The translations under genes were made by a program, and so were the position numbers. A DNA stretch of 64,000 nucleotides from Calditrichia bacterium. GTDB taxonomy: Bacteria > Calditrichota > Calditrichia > RBG-13-44-9 > J075. The notes under the pieces were generated by a model, which was not told the DNA's origin, did no database searches, and saw only the letters and a list, made by a program, of their open reading frames with translations. The stretch covers positions 1 through 64,000 of the forward strand of contig JBOEGD010000012.1 of the NCBI GenBank assembly GCA_050633245.1. Reading direction: 5' to 3'. This document shows positions 10,392 to 19,607 of this stretch, piece by piece; position 1 is the first letter of the stretch, and the number at the start of each line of letters is the position of its first letter.

Positions 10392-11273
10392 ATGAAACAT
10401 ATAAAATCATTACTCTTTGCGATTGTTTTTGGTTGTCTCGCCACTTCAACAATCTTTGCTCAAGGATTAACATTTACATTTGCGAACGGTCAATTGACAG
10501 GTACCGGGCCTTATAAATACCGAGTATTCGTATTTATTAATGCCGATACGCCCGGCACAAAACTCGGAGACACACAAGTATATATTAATTATAACAGCCT
10601 TGCTTTCGGAGATTCAATCGCCGCAAGAGGCAAGCTAAGCAGCGGAAGAACAACGTTACTTGGCGGCAACAGTGGCGGAACAGAGTTATACTCTATTCAA
10701 AACATAGTTGATCATGGTACAAACCGGGTTTGTATCACCGCAGCGTACGACTTCGAATCGAACACCTCTCTTGCCAATGAGGTACCTGAAACTCCTACTG
10801 GTTTATTCTTCATTGATATAGAAGTCGAAAATCGAGCATGGCTTTCCGGACTCAGTTTTGAAGGGTCTTTAATGCAGGGGCAACAATTTCTTGCAGACAA
10901 CTTTCTTCAATACAGCTCTGTAATAGCGACCGATACAGACGACACAGTTCTTGGAGTTGAAACCGTGCAGAACAACATAATTCCAAGCGAGTTTAAAATG
11001 GATCAGAATTATCCGAATCCGTTCAACCCGGAAACGACCGTTCGCTTCGATCTGCCTGCTTCACTTGGCGGCGAGAATGTAACATTGGTTGTCTACGATA
11101 TGCTTGGTCGTAAGGTTCGCACTCTGCAGGATGGCCCTTTATCTGCCGGCACCTACGAGCTAAAGTGGGATGCAAAAACAGATACCGGTGCTGACCTGGC
11201 TTCCGGAACCTATCTGCTACGCCTTCAGGCAAAACGTCAGCAGCAAATCATCAAAATGCTGTTGATGAAGTAA
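10392..11273 (+). CDS. Secreted cohesin-like beta-sandwich protein with a T9SS/FlgD-Ig CTD
   Basis: Signal peptide, LGDTQVYINYNSLAF...LFFIDIEV...SGLSF, and CTD QNYPNPFNPETT...YDMLGRKV...SGTYLLRL. The cohesin call is by pattern only. Confidence 0.7.
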   Translation: MKHIKSLLFAIVFGCLATSTIFAQGLTFTFANGQLTGTGPYKYRVFVFINADTPGTKLGDTQVYINYNSLAFGDSIAARGKLSSGRTTLLGGNSGGTELYSIQNIVDHGTNRVCITAAYDFESNTSLANEVPETPTGLFFIDIEVENRAWLSGLSFEGSLMQGQQFLADNFLQYSSVIATDTDDTVLGVETVQNNIIPSEFKMDQNYPNPFNPETTVRFDLPASLGGENVTLVVYDMLGRKVRTLQDGPLSAGTYELKWDAKTDTGADLASGTYLLRLQAKRQQQIIKMLLMK

Positions 11274-11291
11274 GCAGGATACATTTGCAAC

Positions 11292-11329
11292 AAAAAAGGG
11301 CGTTCGATTTTATCGAACGCCCTTTTTTT
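11292..11329. terminator. Bidirectional intrinsic terminator
   Basis: aaaaaagggcgttcgat-tt-tatcgaacgcccttttttt between convergent genes. Confidence 0.9.
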
Positions 11330-11348
11330 ATCTAAAGATTTCAAACTC

Positions 11349-13415
11349 TTATTTCATTTCGGCAATCTGCTTTAACATATCTTTTGGATTTTGAAAGTCT
11401 GGATCCAACTCGATAGCCTTTTTATACGAAGCAATGGCCTTTTCTTTTTCTCCGGTTGCCAGATAAAACTCTCCAAGACTATCTCGAAGATTTGCCACCT
11501 CCGGATTCAATTCAACCGCCACACTCAGCAACTTAACCGCAGCAGCGGGCTGGCCAAGTCCACCAACACGATAGGCAAGGTTATTTAGGTTGTTCTGATT
11601 GGCAGGGCCTCGTGAATCGAGCTCAACTGACTTTCTCATATTCTTCGCGCCAGATTCTCTACTCCCCAGTAATACATCCACTATTCCATAAGCGCCAAGA
11701 GCTGTCGCCGAATTGGGATACTGCTCAGCTCCAAGTTTTGCCAGGGCATAGGCCTGCTTGGGGTTCACGACAAAAGCCTCCTGGACCATTTGCCATATCT
11801 GCCCTGAGTAATCCGGCACTAAGGCGGAGTTTCCATATTTATTTTTGTACTGGCTTTCCAGCATCTTCACATCAGAGTTTGCTTTTATCTCGAGACCACC
11901 GGAATTTTGCAAGGATTTCCAATTTGCATTCCATGCCTTCAACTTCGCGGCAACTGATGGTTTAAATTGATGGCTTGTCGGTACATCGGCTCTTCCTGCA
12001 ACCGCAGCATGATAGGCAACAGCCATTTCCAGAGGCGCCTGGTCGTAGATCAAAGGTAATTTCTTCGGCGCCAACCGGGCAATTTGCATAGCCATATACG
12101 AACCTGCTGTTTGCCAGGCTCGCTTACCAATGGCATTAGACCCGGCGTTAACGAGGTCAGACGTCAAATTATCATTGTTCAAAAGTGCAAATGCCTCGGC
12201 CACCCGAGCTTCATTTGAGTTACTGGCTTTTTTCTGCCAATCGTAGTAGGCCACGCCTTGATCAAGGCATTTTCGAAGAGCTGAGTGTAGCTGTTTGTCT
12301 CCCTCATTAGAGAAGTAGGGATTGGGTAAATTTCGATTTAATCCCAACATTTCATAGGCCAAAAAGCGCGAATATTTGCGCGGTGATGAGTTTTCTAAAT
12401 TACTGGCAACGGCGATCGTCAAATCTATTCCCGGAAAGTGTGCCAGGTCTGTTCGCGTCCCCTCCTGTGCACCACCATGCGCAACCAGATATCGCCCAGA
12501 TAGCCCGTCAACGCCCCATCCCATCGCATAGTAGGTTATTCGTCCGTCTTTAGTTGACATTGAGGTCCACATCTCATTGCGGGTAGCTTTTTCCAGCACC
12601 TTGCCTGCGCTAAGGCCTTTTGCAAAACGCACCATATCTGTTGCAGTCGCACGCGTCCCGCCACCCCCGATTTTTAAACTTGTACTAACCGGAACCGAAT
12701 TTTCGACCCGGTCGTTGCGAATTCGATAGCCCTGAACACGATCCGGAATAAGCTGATAAAGGTAGTCTACTGATGTATTGTTCATTTCCAACGGCTGCCA
12801 AACCTCACTTGTCATAAAATCCTGAAAACTCATACCTGAGGCACTTTCAATAATTGCCCACAACACGTTATAACCATAAGTTGTGTAGTTATACTCTGTT
12901 CCAGGTTCCGCCAGCAACTCCCAATCCTGAAATATCTGAAGGGCTTCTTCGGTAGTCATATCATTCACGGTGAGTGCTTCAGCAGAATAATTGCGATAGT
13001 GGCTAACGCCACCAAGATGTCCTAACAGCTGTCGGACTGTCAGTGGCCACTGTTTCCGCGGAAAGTTTGGGAGATAAGTTTGCACTTCAGCATCCAAATC
13101 GATCTTGCCCTGTTCTACCAATTCTAATATGCCCACAGCAGTCATCGGCTTTGAAACAGAGGCCATACGATAAGAAGACTTTTCTGAAGCCGGGGTTTTA
13201 TTTTCAAGATCAGAGAAACCATATCCCCGAGACCAGTGAACTTCTCCTTGCGAAAAGGCAACTGTTACCCCAACCAGTTGATTTTCTAAAATATCCGCTT
13301 GAATAAGCGCTTCCAACTTTGCTATAGCATTCTGATAGCGTGGAGGAATGTCAGTTGCCTCTTGTCCGATAGCAGGTATCCAAAAAAGCATAATTAGTAT
13401 CAGGTGTTTGCGCAT
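11349..13415 (-). CDS. Serine hydrolase (beta-lactamase/PBP-like family) with C-terminal TPRs
   Basis: SxxK motif (ASVSK), YNYTTYGY, HGG, a C-terminal TPR (DSLGEFYLATGEKEKAIASYKKAIELDP) and a signal peptide. Confidence 0.9.
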   Translation of the reverse strand: MRKHLILIMLFWIPAIGQEATDIPPRYQNAIAKLEALIQADILENQLVGVTVAFSQGEVHWSRGYGFSDLENKTPASEKSSYRMASVSKPMTAVGILELVEQGKIDLDAEVQTYLPNFPRKQWPLTVRQLLGHLGGVSHYRNYSAEALTVNDMTTEEALQIFQDWELLAEPGTEYNYTTYGYNVLWAIIESASGMSFQDFMTSEVWQPLEMNNTSVDYLYQLIPDRVQGYRIRNDRVENSVPVSTSLKIGGGGTRATATDMVRFAKGLSAGKVLEKATRNEMWTSMSTKDGRITYYAMGWGVDGLSGRYLVAHGGAQEGTRTDLAHFPGIDLTIAVASNLENSSPRKYSRFLAYEMLGLNRNLPNPYFSNEGDKQLHSALRKCLDQGVAYYDWQKKASNSNEARVAEAFALLNNDNLTSDLVNAGSNAIGKRAWQTAGSYMAMQIARLAPKKLPLIYDQAPLEMAVAYHAAVAGRADVPTSHQFKPSVAAKLKAWNANWKSLQNSGGLEIKANSDVKMLESQYKNKYGNSALVPDYSGQIWQMVQEAFVVNPKQAYALAKLGAEQYPNSATALGAYGIVDVLLGSRESGAKNMRKSVELDSRGPANQNNLNNLAYRVGGLGQPAAAVKLLSVAVELNPEVANLRDSLGEFYLATGEKEKAIASYKKAIELDPDFQNPKDMLKQIAEMK

Positions 13416-13550
13416 AAAGTTAATCCTCCAGGAATATTGAGCTCTGCGGAATTAGTATGAGTGGTTGATGCAGTCAGGTATGTAATAAAAACGTTTTAGG
13501 CGATGGATGCAAAAGAATGTTGTTGAAAAAGAATGATGTTGAAAAAGAAC

Positions 13551-13573
13551 AAAACCCCGCAGTCACTACGGGG
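13551..13573 (-). terminator. Intrinsic terminator of 13593-14069
   Basis: Minus strand reads GCCCGTAGTGACTGCGGGGTTTTGTTCTTTTT. Confidence 0.6.
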
Positions 13574-13592
13574 CTAGTTCAAAAAGATGAGC

Positions 13593-14069
13593 CTACTTTC
13601 TGTATACAAGCACATTTTCGTAAATGGAATTGAATTCATCTTCATCGATTTCAACCGTTAACTTGTTCTTGTCTCGGGGAGCCCTCAACGCGTCAAAATC
13701 TATGTGTTGAAGATGTTCCCGAATCGTTGCGTTGTCTTCGAACCGATGCTGACGCTCTAAAAAGCCCAGAGCCCATTGGTTATTCATTTTAGTCAGTGCA
13801 ACCAAAGCAAGGCGTCGAACCTGCGTATCTTCATGATTACGAAAGACGCGCATTACATCAAAGACGGCTTCTCTAACATCAAGTTTTCCATCATACCGAA
13901 TAACCAACTGCATGGCGGATTGCTGTAAACCAGGCTTTTCAGATTTTAATGCAAGAACAACATTATCACTGAAGATCTTCCAGCGATCTTCTCCGGCATG
14001 TAGTGAATGGAAGCTTAGCGTTATAAATATGGCAGCGAGTGCCAACAAGATAGTACGGCGGTTTTTCAT
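13593..14069 (-). CDS. Exported helical (HEAT-repeat-like) protein of unknown function
   Basis: Signal peptide MKNRRTILLALAAIFITLSFHSLHA, HEAT-like segment EDTQVRRLALVALTKM, and RBS AAAAGGGA. Confidence 0.8.
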   Translation of the reverse strand: MKNRRTILLALAAIFITLSFHSLHAGEDRWKIFSDNVVLALKSEKPGLQQSAMQLVIRYDGKLDVREAVFDVMRVFRNHEDTQVRRLALVALTKMNNQWALGFLERQHRFEDNATIREHLQHIDFDALRAPRDKNKLTVEIDEDEFNSIYENVLVYRK

Positions 14070-14123
14070 GGCGAATCCCTTTTAAGATAGTTTATAAATA
14101 AAGTTACTGTGGCGTAATCTTGC

Positions 14124-14150
14124 TTACGGAGAAATTTTATGATGGTTACA
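14124..14150 (-). promoter_or_regulatory. Putative ECF-sigma promoter for 13593-14069
   Basis: Minus strand TGTAACC (14150-14144), 15 nt, CGTAA (14128-14124). This matches the general ECF AAC/CGT pattern. Confidence 0.55.
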
Positions 14151-14170
14151 AAAAGACTGGTTTTAGGCAT

Positions 14171-14230
14171 AAAAAAAGTGCCTGACCGCCACAGTCAGGC
14201 ACTTAAAAGGGATTCGCCACATAGTGACGA
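14171..14230 (-). ncRNA. Putative ~60-nt antisense-acting sRNA: 5' hairpin, anti-SD stretch and terminator
   Basis: Sequence UCGUCACUAUGUGGCGAAUCCCUUUUAAGUGCCUGACUGUGGCGGUCAGGCACUUUUUUU. It has its own promoter and terminator, and 14202-14219 is the exact reverse complement of 14069-14086. Confidence 0.7.
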
Positions 14231-14235
14231 GATGA

Positions 14236-14264
14236 ATTATAGCGAATGAGGACTTAAAACTCAA
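14236..14264 (-). promoter_or_regulatory. Sigma70-type promoter for the putative sRNA
   Basis: Minus strand TTGAGT (14264-14259), 17 nt, TATAAT (14241-14236). Confidence 0.7.
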
Positions 14265-14621
14265 TTGCTAAAAGAAATAATTTATTAAGCCCCTTTTAAC
14301 CGCCAGCCTGCCAAGCTGTTTCCAAACAGCCGCTCAACACAACAGACCTCCCCCTGAACGCTATGCTTTAGCATCAAAACTTTAGCTGTTTTTTCTAAAT
14401 TGATTTTTTTTAAGAAGACCGCCAATATCCTGTGACACTTTCGTGATAAAATAGTCAATAGAGACTTTTTCGGGCTTTTGAAGAGCTTCAAAGCAATCGG
14501 TAGAAAATAGTTCATTTTCCAAATTGTTCAAGATCTCCGTGACATCCTCGTGATCTTCTTTTCACACATTTGGAACAGATTTTCAAATAAACCAACCCAT
14601 TAGTTTAACCGTTTTGAAAGG

Positions 14622-15554
14622 ATGTATCTCATGTTGAAGAAGATTCTGTTATTAAGCTTTGTCTCGCTATTTGCATTTTGGGGATGTTCTAATGAAGACT
14701 CGATTCTGTCTTCAGACAGCCCGATTACCGAAAGCAGTTCCAGTAGTCAGGATGATATTACTGTTGAGCAGTCTGCATTTAATTCACAGCTCGAAGCAGA
14801 GATTGCTTCCGAGAGCGAAGACATTACGTTTACCGCAAAATTTATCAATCGTATTGATGGCCCAACCGTAATTACCGAGCCGGGATTTTATCGCGTTACA
14901 AAAAACTTTAGTGTTACTGAAGCCGGAGCAGATGCGATCGTTATTCAGTCTGACAATGTTTTTCTTTCTCTTGGCGGACATACAATAAAAGGCCCGGGTA
15001 ACAAAGACGGTCGTGGTATCGTGCTTGATAATGTTCGGAATGTACTCGTAGCAAATGGACGATTGAAAACATTTGGTATAGGCGTGGTTATGGATGGCAC
15101 AATCCGTTCCGCGGTAAAAGGGATTAAAACCGTTGGTGGCGATGAGTTTGCCGATCCGCCAAATGGTGTCGCACCCCAAATTGGTATTATGTTGATCAAC
15201 AGTTACCGAAACTATATCTTGTGGAACACCTACCGCAAAGTAAACCTCGGTATCTTCGTCCGCGGTGGCAACAGCTTTGAAAATCGCATTCTCAATAATA
15301 CGGCTCGTGCCGGTGATAATGGATTGTTGGCAATCTGCTATAACCCGGCTCCCGGCGGTGATCCGGCTGGACCGCATGATGATGTTGTTCGCGGCAATAA
15401 CCTGGTTCGCTTTGGTGTTGGCATCTCTGCAAGCGCTGAATCTACGAACAATTACTTCGTACGCAATCGCATCCGCTTCTTCAACGATGATTATGTTGAT
15501 GCAAACGGCAGCAATGTATTCGAGAATAACAACTCGCGTCAAATTAATCCCTAG
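14622..15554 (+). CDS. Lipoprotein with a right-handed parallel beta-helix (pectin-lyase/NosD-like fold)
   Basis: Lipobox FWGC, a Ser-rich linker, ITEPGFYRVT...DNVFLSLGGHTI, and repeated GI.L / NRI..N strands. Confidence 0.8.
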   Translation: MYLMLKKILLLSFVSLFAFWGCSNEDSILSSDSPITESSSSSQDDITVEQSAFNSQLEAEIASESEDITFTAKFINRIDGPTVITEPGFYRVTKNFSVTEAGADAIVIQSDNVFLSLGGHTIKGPGNKDGRGIVLDNVRNVLVANGRLKTFGIGVVMDGTIRSAVKGIKTVGGDEFADPPNGVAPQIGIMLINSYRNYILWNTYRKVNLGIFVRGGNSFENRILNNTARAGDNGLLAICYNPAPGGDPAGPHDDVVRGNNLVRFGVGISASAESTNNYFVRNRIRFFNDDYVDANGSNVFENNNSRQINP

Positions 15555-15582
15555 AACAATTATTCCCTCCCCCTCCAATGCA

Positions 15583-15615
15583 AAGAGCGACTGCCCATTA
15601 TAGTCAGTCGCTCTT
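15583..15615. terminator. Hairpin between convergent genes, probable terminator
   Basis: aagagcgactg / cagtcgctctt, 11-bp arms. Confidence 0.65.
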
Positions 15616-15640
15616 GCTGGTCGTTCGCTGGGGGAACATC

Positions 15641-17770
15641 TTACTTCATCAATACCATCTTACGCGACGTTGTAAAATTACCAGCCTGAAGCTGATAGAA
15701 ATACGTACCGGATGCCAATTCAGCAGCATTAAACGTAAACTGATGCTCTCCTGAAGTCAGGTTTCCATCCACTACCGTTGCAACCTGCCTTCCCTGTAAA
15801 TCAAACACCTTCACCGTAACCTGCCCCGGAATAGCCATACCAAAACTGATCGTTGTTGAAGGATTAAATGGATTGGGATAATTCTGCTTCAGAGAAAAGT
15901 TCTCCGGTAATGCTGTATTTTCATCACCAAACCCCAGCGGTGTTCCTGTTACAATGGGAAGAATAATCTGCGAAGGAAATGCGGCACTGCGCTGCATGTC
16001 AAGAACCGGTGTTCCGCTTGTTGGAATGCGTTCAAAAGTGTCCGCATCATGTCCGGCGATGGCCACGCGAATGCGATGGCCCGGCTCCAGCATTACTGAT
16101 GTCGGTTGCAAAGTAAAATGTAGTTCCACAATCTCATTTGCCGGAATAGGAGCACCATCAGCTGCCAGGTAACTATGATAAGGTCCAAACTGATGATATG
16201 GCGGTGTACCATTGCTTACCTGACGGTGTAGCGCTCTGAGTATTCCTTCGGTGATATACGTAACGCGACCATCCGGAGCAACGTCTTCCAGGTAGGCGAT
16301 AAAGGTGCCATCACTCTCGGAAGACCGCACAAACAACTTCACTTGTGGATGTCCGGTAATCTCCAGATTCTCCGTGAGAGGCTCAGAGGTATAGGTCAAC
16401 AGCTTCTGATCTTCAAACTGACGATCGGTAATTAGCTTATCATTATCCTGCAGCCAACGACCGCCGACACCGGTTGTAGCAGTAAAGTCCACGGTATAAC
16501 TGTCGAACGCATCGCTACTTTGTGAAGGATTCTCAGCAAGTTTGCCGTCAGCACTAAAAAAGAGCGTTTCGTTAACAACATCTGCCGGAGGCCAAACGTC
16601 TGTCGTTTTCCAGGCACCTTCATTCAACGTATAGTATAGAATTTGATTTTGAGCCTGTGGCGGCGTGGTCTCTTTTAAATACGGTGCCATGAAGGCCTCG
16701 AGCTGAACATATTGTTCTTCCACCGAGACACTGTCTATACCGCCAGGATGAAATGGGTCGAGTGCATCTTCCGAACCATGCCCCCAGGGACCAATTACAG
16801 TGAACTGTGGATTAGAGAAAGTATGGAAACGCGTCAACACGCCATTAGCCGTACCGGCATCAAACCAGCCGGCTTGTGCAAAATAAGCGACGCCACTTTG
16901 CTCGATGTCCTGTCGAAAGGCGTATGGGCTAAAGTCTTTCATTTCAACACTGCCAAAAAGATCGTCTTTATACACAACGGATTGAATCGCATCGCCAACA
17001 ACCAAATTGTTTGCGTGTTGTAAGATTGCTTCATCCAACATGGTTCTATCCGGATCTGCATCAACCGGACGAACGCCGGAAACGATAAACTCTTTTATAG
17101 ACGGACAATCACCGGGGTCTGCACCAACGACCCCACAAATATCATTGGCATCCAGCAATTCATTAAATTCTGACCAAGCCTGAACAAACGTTACGTTCTT
17201 AACACCACCGGGAATAGCCAGATCTAAATACGGATCAAAATCCGAGAAATGTGGTGCAATCACTTTTACCTCGCTCCGTCCAACCGAACCGGTAAACTCC
17301 GCAGTGTTTCCATCATATGAGACGCCAAAAGAGCCGATTTTAGAATTGCTCCAGTTTTGTGCCGCTATCCAGTCGCTAACCTCACCGAGATCATTGATTT
17401 CATCACCAGACCAAGGCGATGTTCTACTGCCAAAAGAAGCTCCGGAGCCACGAGCATCGACTACGACAAAAGCATAGCCAAATGTATTCCAGAATTCACC
17501 TTCCAAAGCGGTATCATCGTCGATGAATTGTGGATTGATAATATCGAATGCTCGCCAATAACGGGTTGAACGTATAACGGCCGGAATTTGTTGTCCAGCC
17601 GTTATCTGCGGTAAGAAAACGTCAACGGCTACCTTTACGCTATCCGGCATGGTTATGTAAATACTTTCACGAGAACTCGTTTGGGCGGTAAGGCGATTAG
17701 ACCAAACCAAAGTTAATAGAACTGCTACCAAAAGTGGCAGAGCACAAGACTTTACAATTTTCATTTTCAA
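15641..17770 (-). CDS. CocE/NonD-family (S15-like) hydrolase with T9SS-type CTD
   Basis: DARGSGASFG, nucleophile motif GVSYDG, GPWGH, PepX_C-like domain (GHRIRVAIAG) and QNYPNPFNP. Confidence 0.9.
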   Translation of the reverse strand: MKMKIVKSCALPLLVAVLLTLVWSNRLTAQTSSRESIYITMPDSVKVAVDVFLPQITAGQQIPAVIRSTRYWRAFDIINPQFIDDDTALEGEFWNTFGYAFVVVDARGSGASFGSRTSPWSGDEINDLGEVSDWIAAQNWSNSKIGSFGVSYDGNTAEFTGSVGRSEVKVIAPHFSDFDPYLDLAIPGGVKNVTFVQAWSEFNELLDANDICGVVGADPGDCPSIKEFIVSGVRPVDADPDRTMLDEAILQHANNLVVGDAIQSVVYKDDLFGSVEMKDFSPYAFRQDIEQSGVAYFAQAGWFDAGTANGVLTRFHTFSNPQFTVIGPWGHGSEDALDPFHPGGIDSVSVEEQYVQLEAFMAPYLKETTPPQAQNQILYYTLNEGAWKTTDVWPPADVVNETLFFSADGKLAENPSQSSDAFDSYTVDFTATTGVGGRWLQDNDKLITDRQFEDQKLLTYTSEPLTENLEITGHPQVKLFVRSSESDGTFIAYLEDVAPDGRVTYITEGILRALHRQVSNGTPPYHQFGPYHSYLAADGAPIPANEIVELHFTLQPTSVMLEPGHRIRVAIAGHDADTFERIPTSGTPVLDMQRSAAFPSQIILPIVTGTPLGFGDENTALPENFSLKQNYPNPFNPSTTISFGMAIPGQVTVKVFDLQGRQVATVVDGNLTSGEHQFTFNAAELASGTYFYQLQAGNFTTSRKMVLMK

Positions 17771-17900
17771 TCTCCATTATGTTGCAAATGATCGTTTTCA
17801 CTGTTTACTTTGAACCTGCAGCGAAACAGGTATAGACATTCCGATTCTCAACGCTATCCTGTTCACTGTAGGCTAAATAACGCATATTGTCTCATGGAGA

Positions 17901-19607
17901 ATGAAAACAGTGCATCAACGGCTCAAACAGACGCATGAAGTGCTGCAACAGCTCCTTCTTACAGGCTTTATGCTCTGTTTGATGTTACTCATTGGTTGTG
18001 ACGATGACGATTTTAAAGACAATGTTCGCTTTAACAGCGGCGACAGTCTGACCTGGGCAAGTCTCGAATACGACGACAGTCACTGGCAGAGGCAGGGTGA
18101 GGATCCGGAGCAATCCGGGGACTATTTTTGGATACGTTGGCATATCTCACCCCAAGAGCTGGAAGATGTTTCTGAAGACAATCCCGGGCTATGGATCGGC
18201 ATCCTGGCACCGTCAGATTTTTACTGGAATGGTAAATTTATTGGCAGCAACACCTTTGCCGGTGCTCCGGTAGAAAGCGACAGCGCGCTTGTTTTTACAA
18301 CACTAAAATTTCCAAAGGTCGATAAAAACGACGATGGAAATTTGCTTGCCGTTCGCATGTATAAAAAGACCCATCTCACAGGAGTGGTAGAATTAGAGTT
18401 GGGAAACTATAGCGAACTCAGCAGTTCGATGCGCTATCGTGAACTTGGTGAGTTAATTCTCGGCATCATCTACTTTGTTATTGCAGCCTTTTACATATTT
18501 TTCTGGGCAAGCGGTGAGACACAATTTGCCTCACGTGTTTTTATTGCATTACTTTTGTTGGCATCCATTACCAGCATAAACGATTTTCTACTTCACTATC
18601 TGCCAATCCAGGCCGATCAGCTCGTTCCGTTTTATATTTTTGACCTGACTATTATGTTTTCGATTGGCATTTTTATCCCCGCTTTCTTAATGCTTCTTTT
18701 CTCGTATCCCAAGAAATGGCACCTGATTCCCTACGCTTTGGTTGTTTTCGTTTTAGAAGCGTTACAACCAAGCGGACTTTCGCTGTTGGCAGGAGTTTTC
18801 GCAGGTTTTGCGGTATCGGTCTGGGCATTGGTGAAGAAGAAAGAAAATTCACTGCCCTTGTTTATCGGTATGCTGGTCTGTTTTCTCGGTAGCCTGATAG
18901 ACGGAGTGTTTGAAAATAACTTTATGGACTTTGGCTTCCTGTTCTTCATTGTCATCATCAATATTGTTTTATTAAAACAAATTCGCCAAAGGCGCCGAGA
19001 TCATCAGGCCTCGCTACTGCGATCGGCACGGCTGGAAGCGCAGCTATTGCGGAAAAGCATTCAGCCGCACTACGTGCTTAATTCAATGAATGCGGTAATG
19101 GACTGGATTGAAACCGAACCTGACAAGGGTATCGAATTTCTGGGTGCGCTGGCGGAAGAGTTTCAGGTATTGAGCAGAATCTCGCACAAGAAGGAAATAA
19201 GCGTCGCTGAAGAGATAAAAATTTGTGAAGCGCATCTTAAAATCATGTCTTGCCGTAAAGAAATAAAGTATTCATTAGCAACCTCAAATATCCTTGCTGA
19301 AGAAAAAATTCCGCCCGCAATTTTTCATACGCTTATTGAAAATGGCGTTAAGTATGGTGGGACAAATGGAAGCGGAGTCGATTTTAAAATCGATCGTAAG
19401 CAATTGCCTAATGGAAGAAGTTATAGCATCTTTAATTCAGGTGAAGGAATTGGCAATAAGAAGAACAAACCAGACGGAACCGGAATGCGTTACATAAAAT
19501 CTCGACTGGAAGAAAGTTATGGGCAAGACTGGAAGCTGGAGAGCCATTATCGCGAAGATGGCTACGAGTGCCTCATCGATATCTATGACGGAGGCTCGGT
19601 AAAATGA
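17901..19607 (+). CDS. LytS/YehU-type membrane sensor histidine kinase
   Basis: Extracytoplasmic domain, about 7 TM helices, IQPHYVLNSMN, PPAIFHTLIENGVKYG and GTGMRYI. Confidence 0.9.
   Translation: MKTVHQRLKQTHEVLQQLLLTGFMLCLMLLIGCDDDDFKDNVRFNSGDSLTWASLEYDDSHWQRQGEDPEQSGDYFWIRWHISPQELEDVSEDNPGLWIGILAPSDFYWNGKFIGSNTFAGAPVESDSALVFTTLKFPKVDKNDDGNLLAVRMYKKTHLTGVVELELGNYSELSSSMRYRELGELILGIIYFVIAAFYIFFWASGETQFASRVFIALLLLASITSINDFLLHYLPIQADQLVPFYIFDLTIMFSIGIFIPAFLMLLFSYPKKWHLIPYALVVFVLEALQPSGLSLLAGVFAGFAVSVWALVKKKENSLPLFIGMLVCFLGSLIDGVFENNFMDFGFLFFIVIINIVLLKQIRQRRRDHQASLLRSARLEAQLLRKSIQPHYVLNSMNAVMDWIETEPDKGIEFLGALAEEFQVLSRISHKKEISVAEEIKICEAHLKIMSCRKEIKYSLATSNILAEEKIPPAIFHTLIENGVKYGGTNGSGVDFKIDRKQLPNGRSYSIFNSGEGIGNKKNKPDGTGMRYIKSRLEESYGQDWKLESHYREDGYECLIDIYDGGSVK

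Noticed and set aside
13511-13550. Short tandem repeat aaaagaatg(t/a)tgttga, about 2.5 copies with a 16-bp period
   Set aside because: There are no spacers and too few copies for a CRISPR array. It is probably slippage next to a terminator.
14784-15578. 264-aa antisense ORF
   Set aside because: It lies entirely opposite a convincing beta-helix lipoprotein gene and has no recognisable motifs.
17790-17870. LytTR operator array
   Set aside because: Only two ttcactgt copies, about 65 bp apart, without the regular ~21-22-bp spacing. Not called as a feature.
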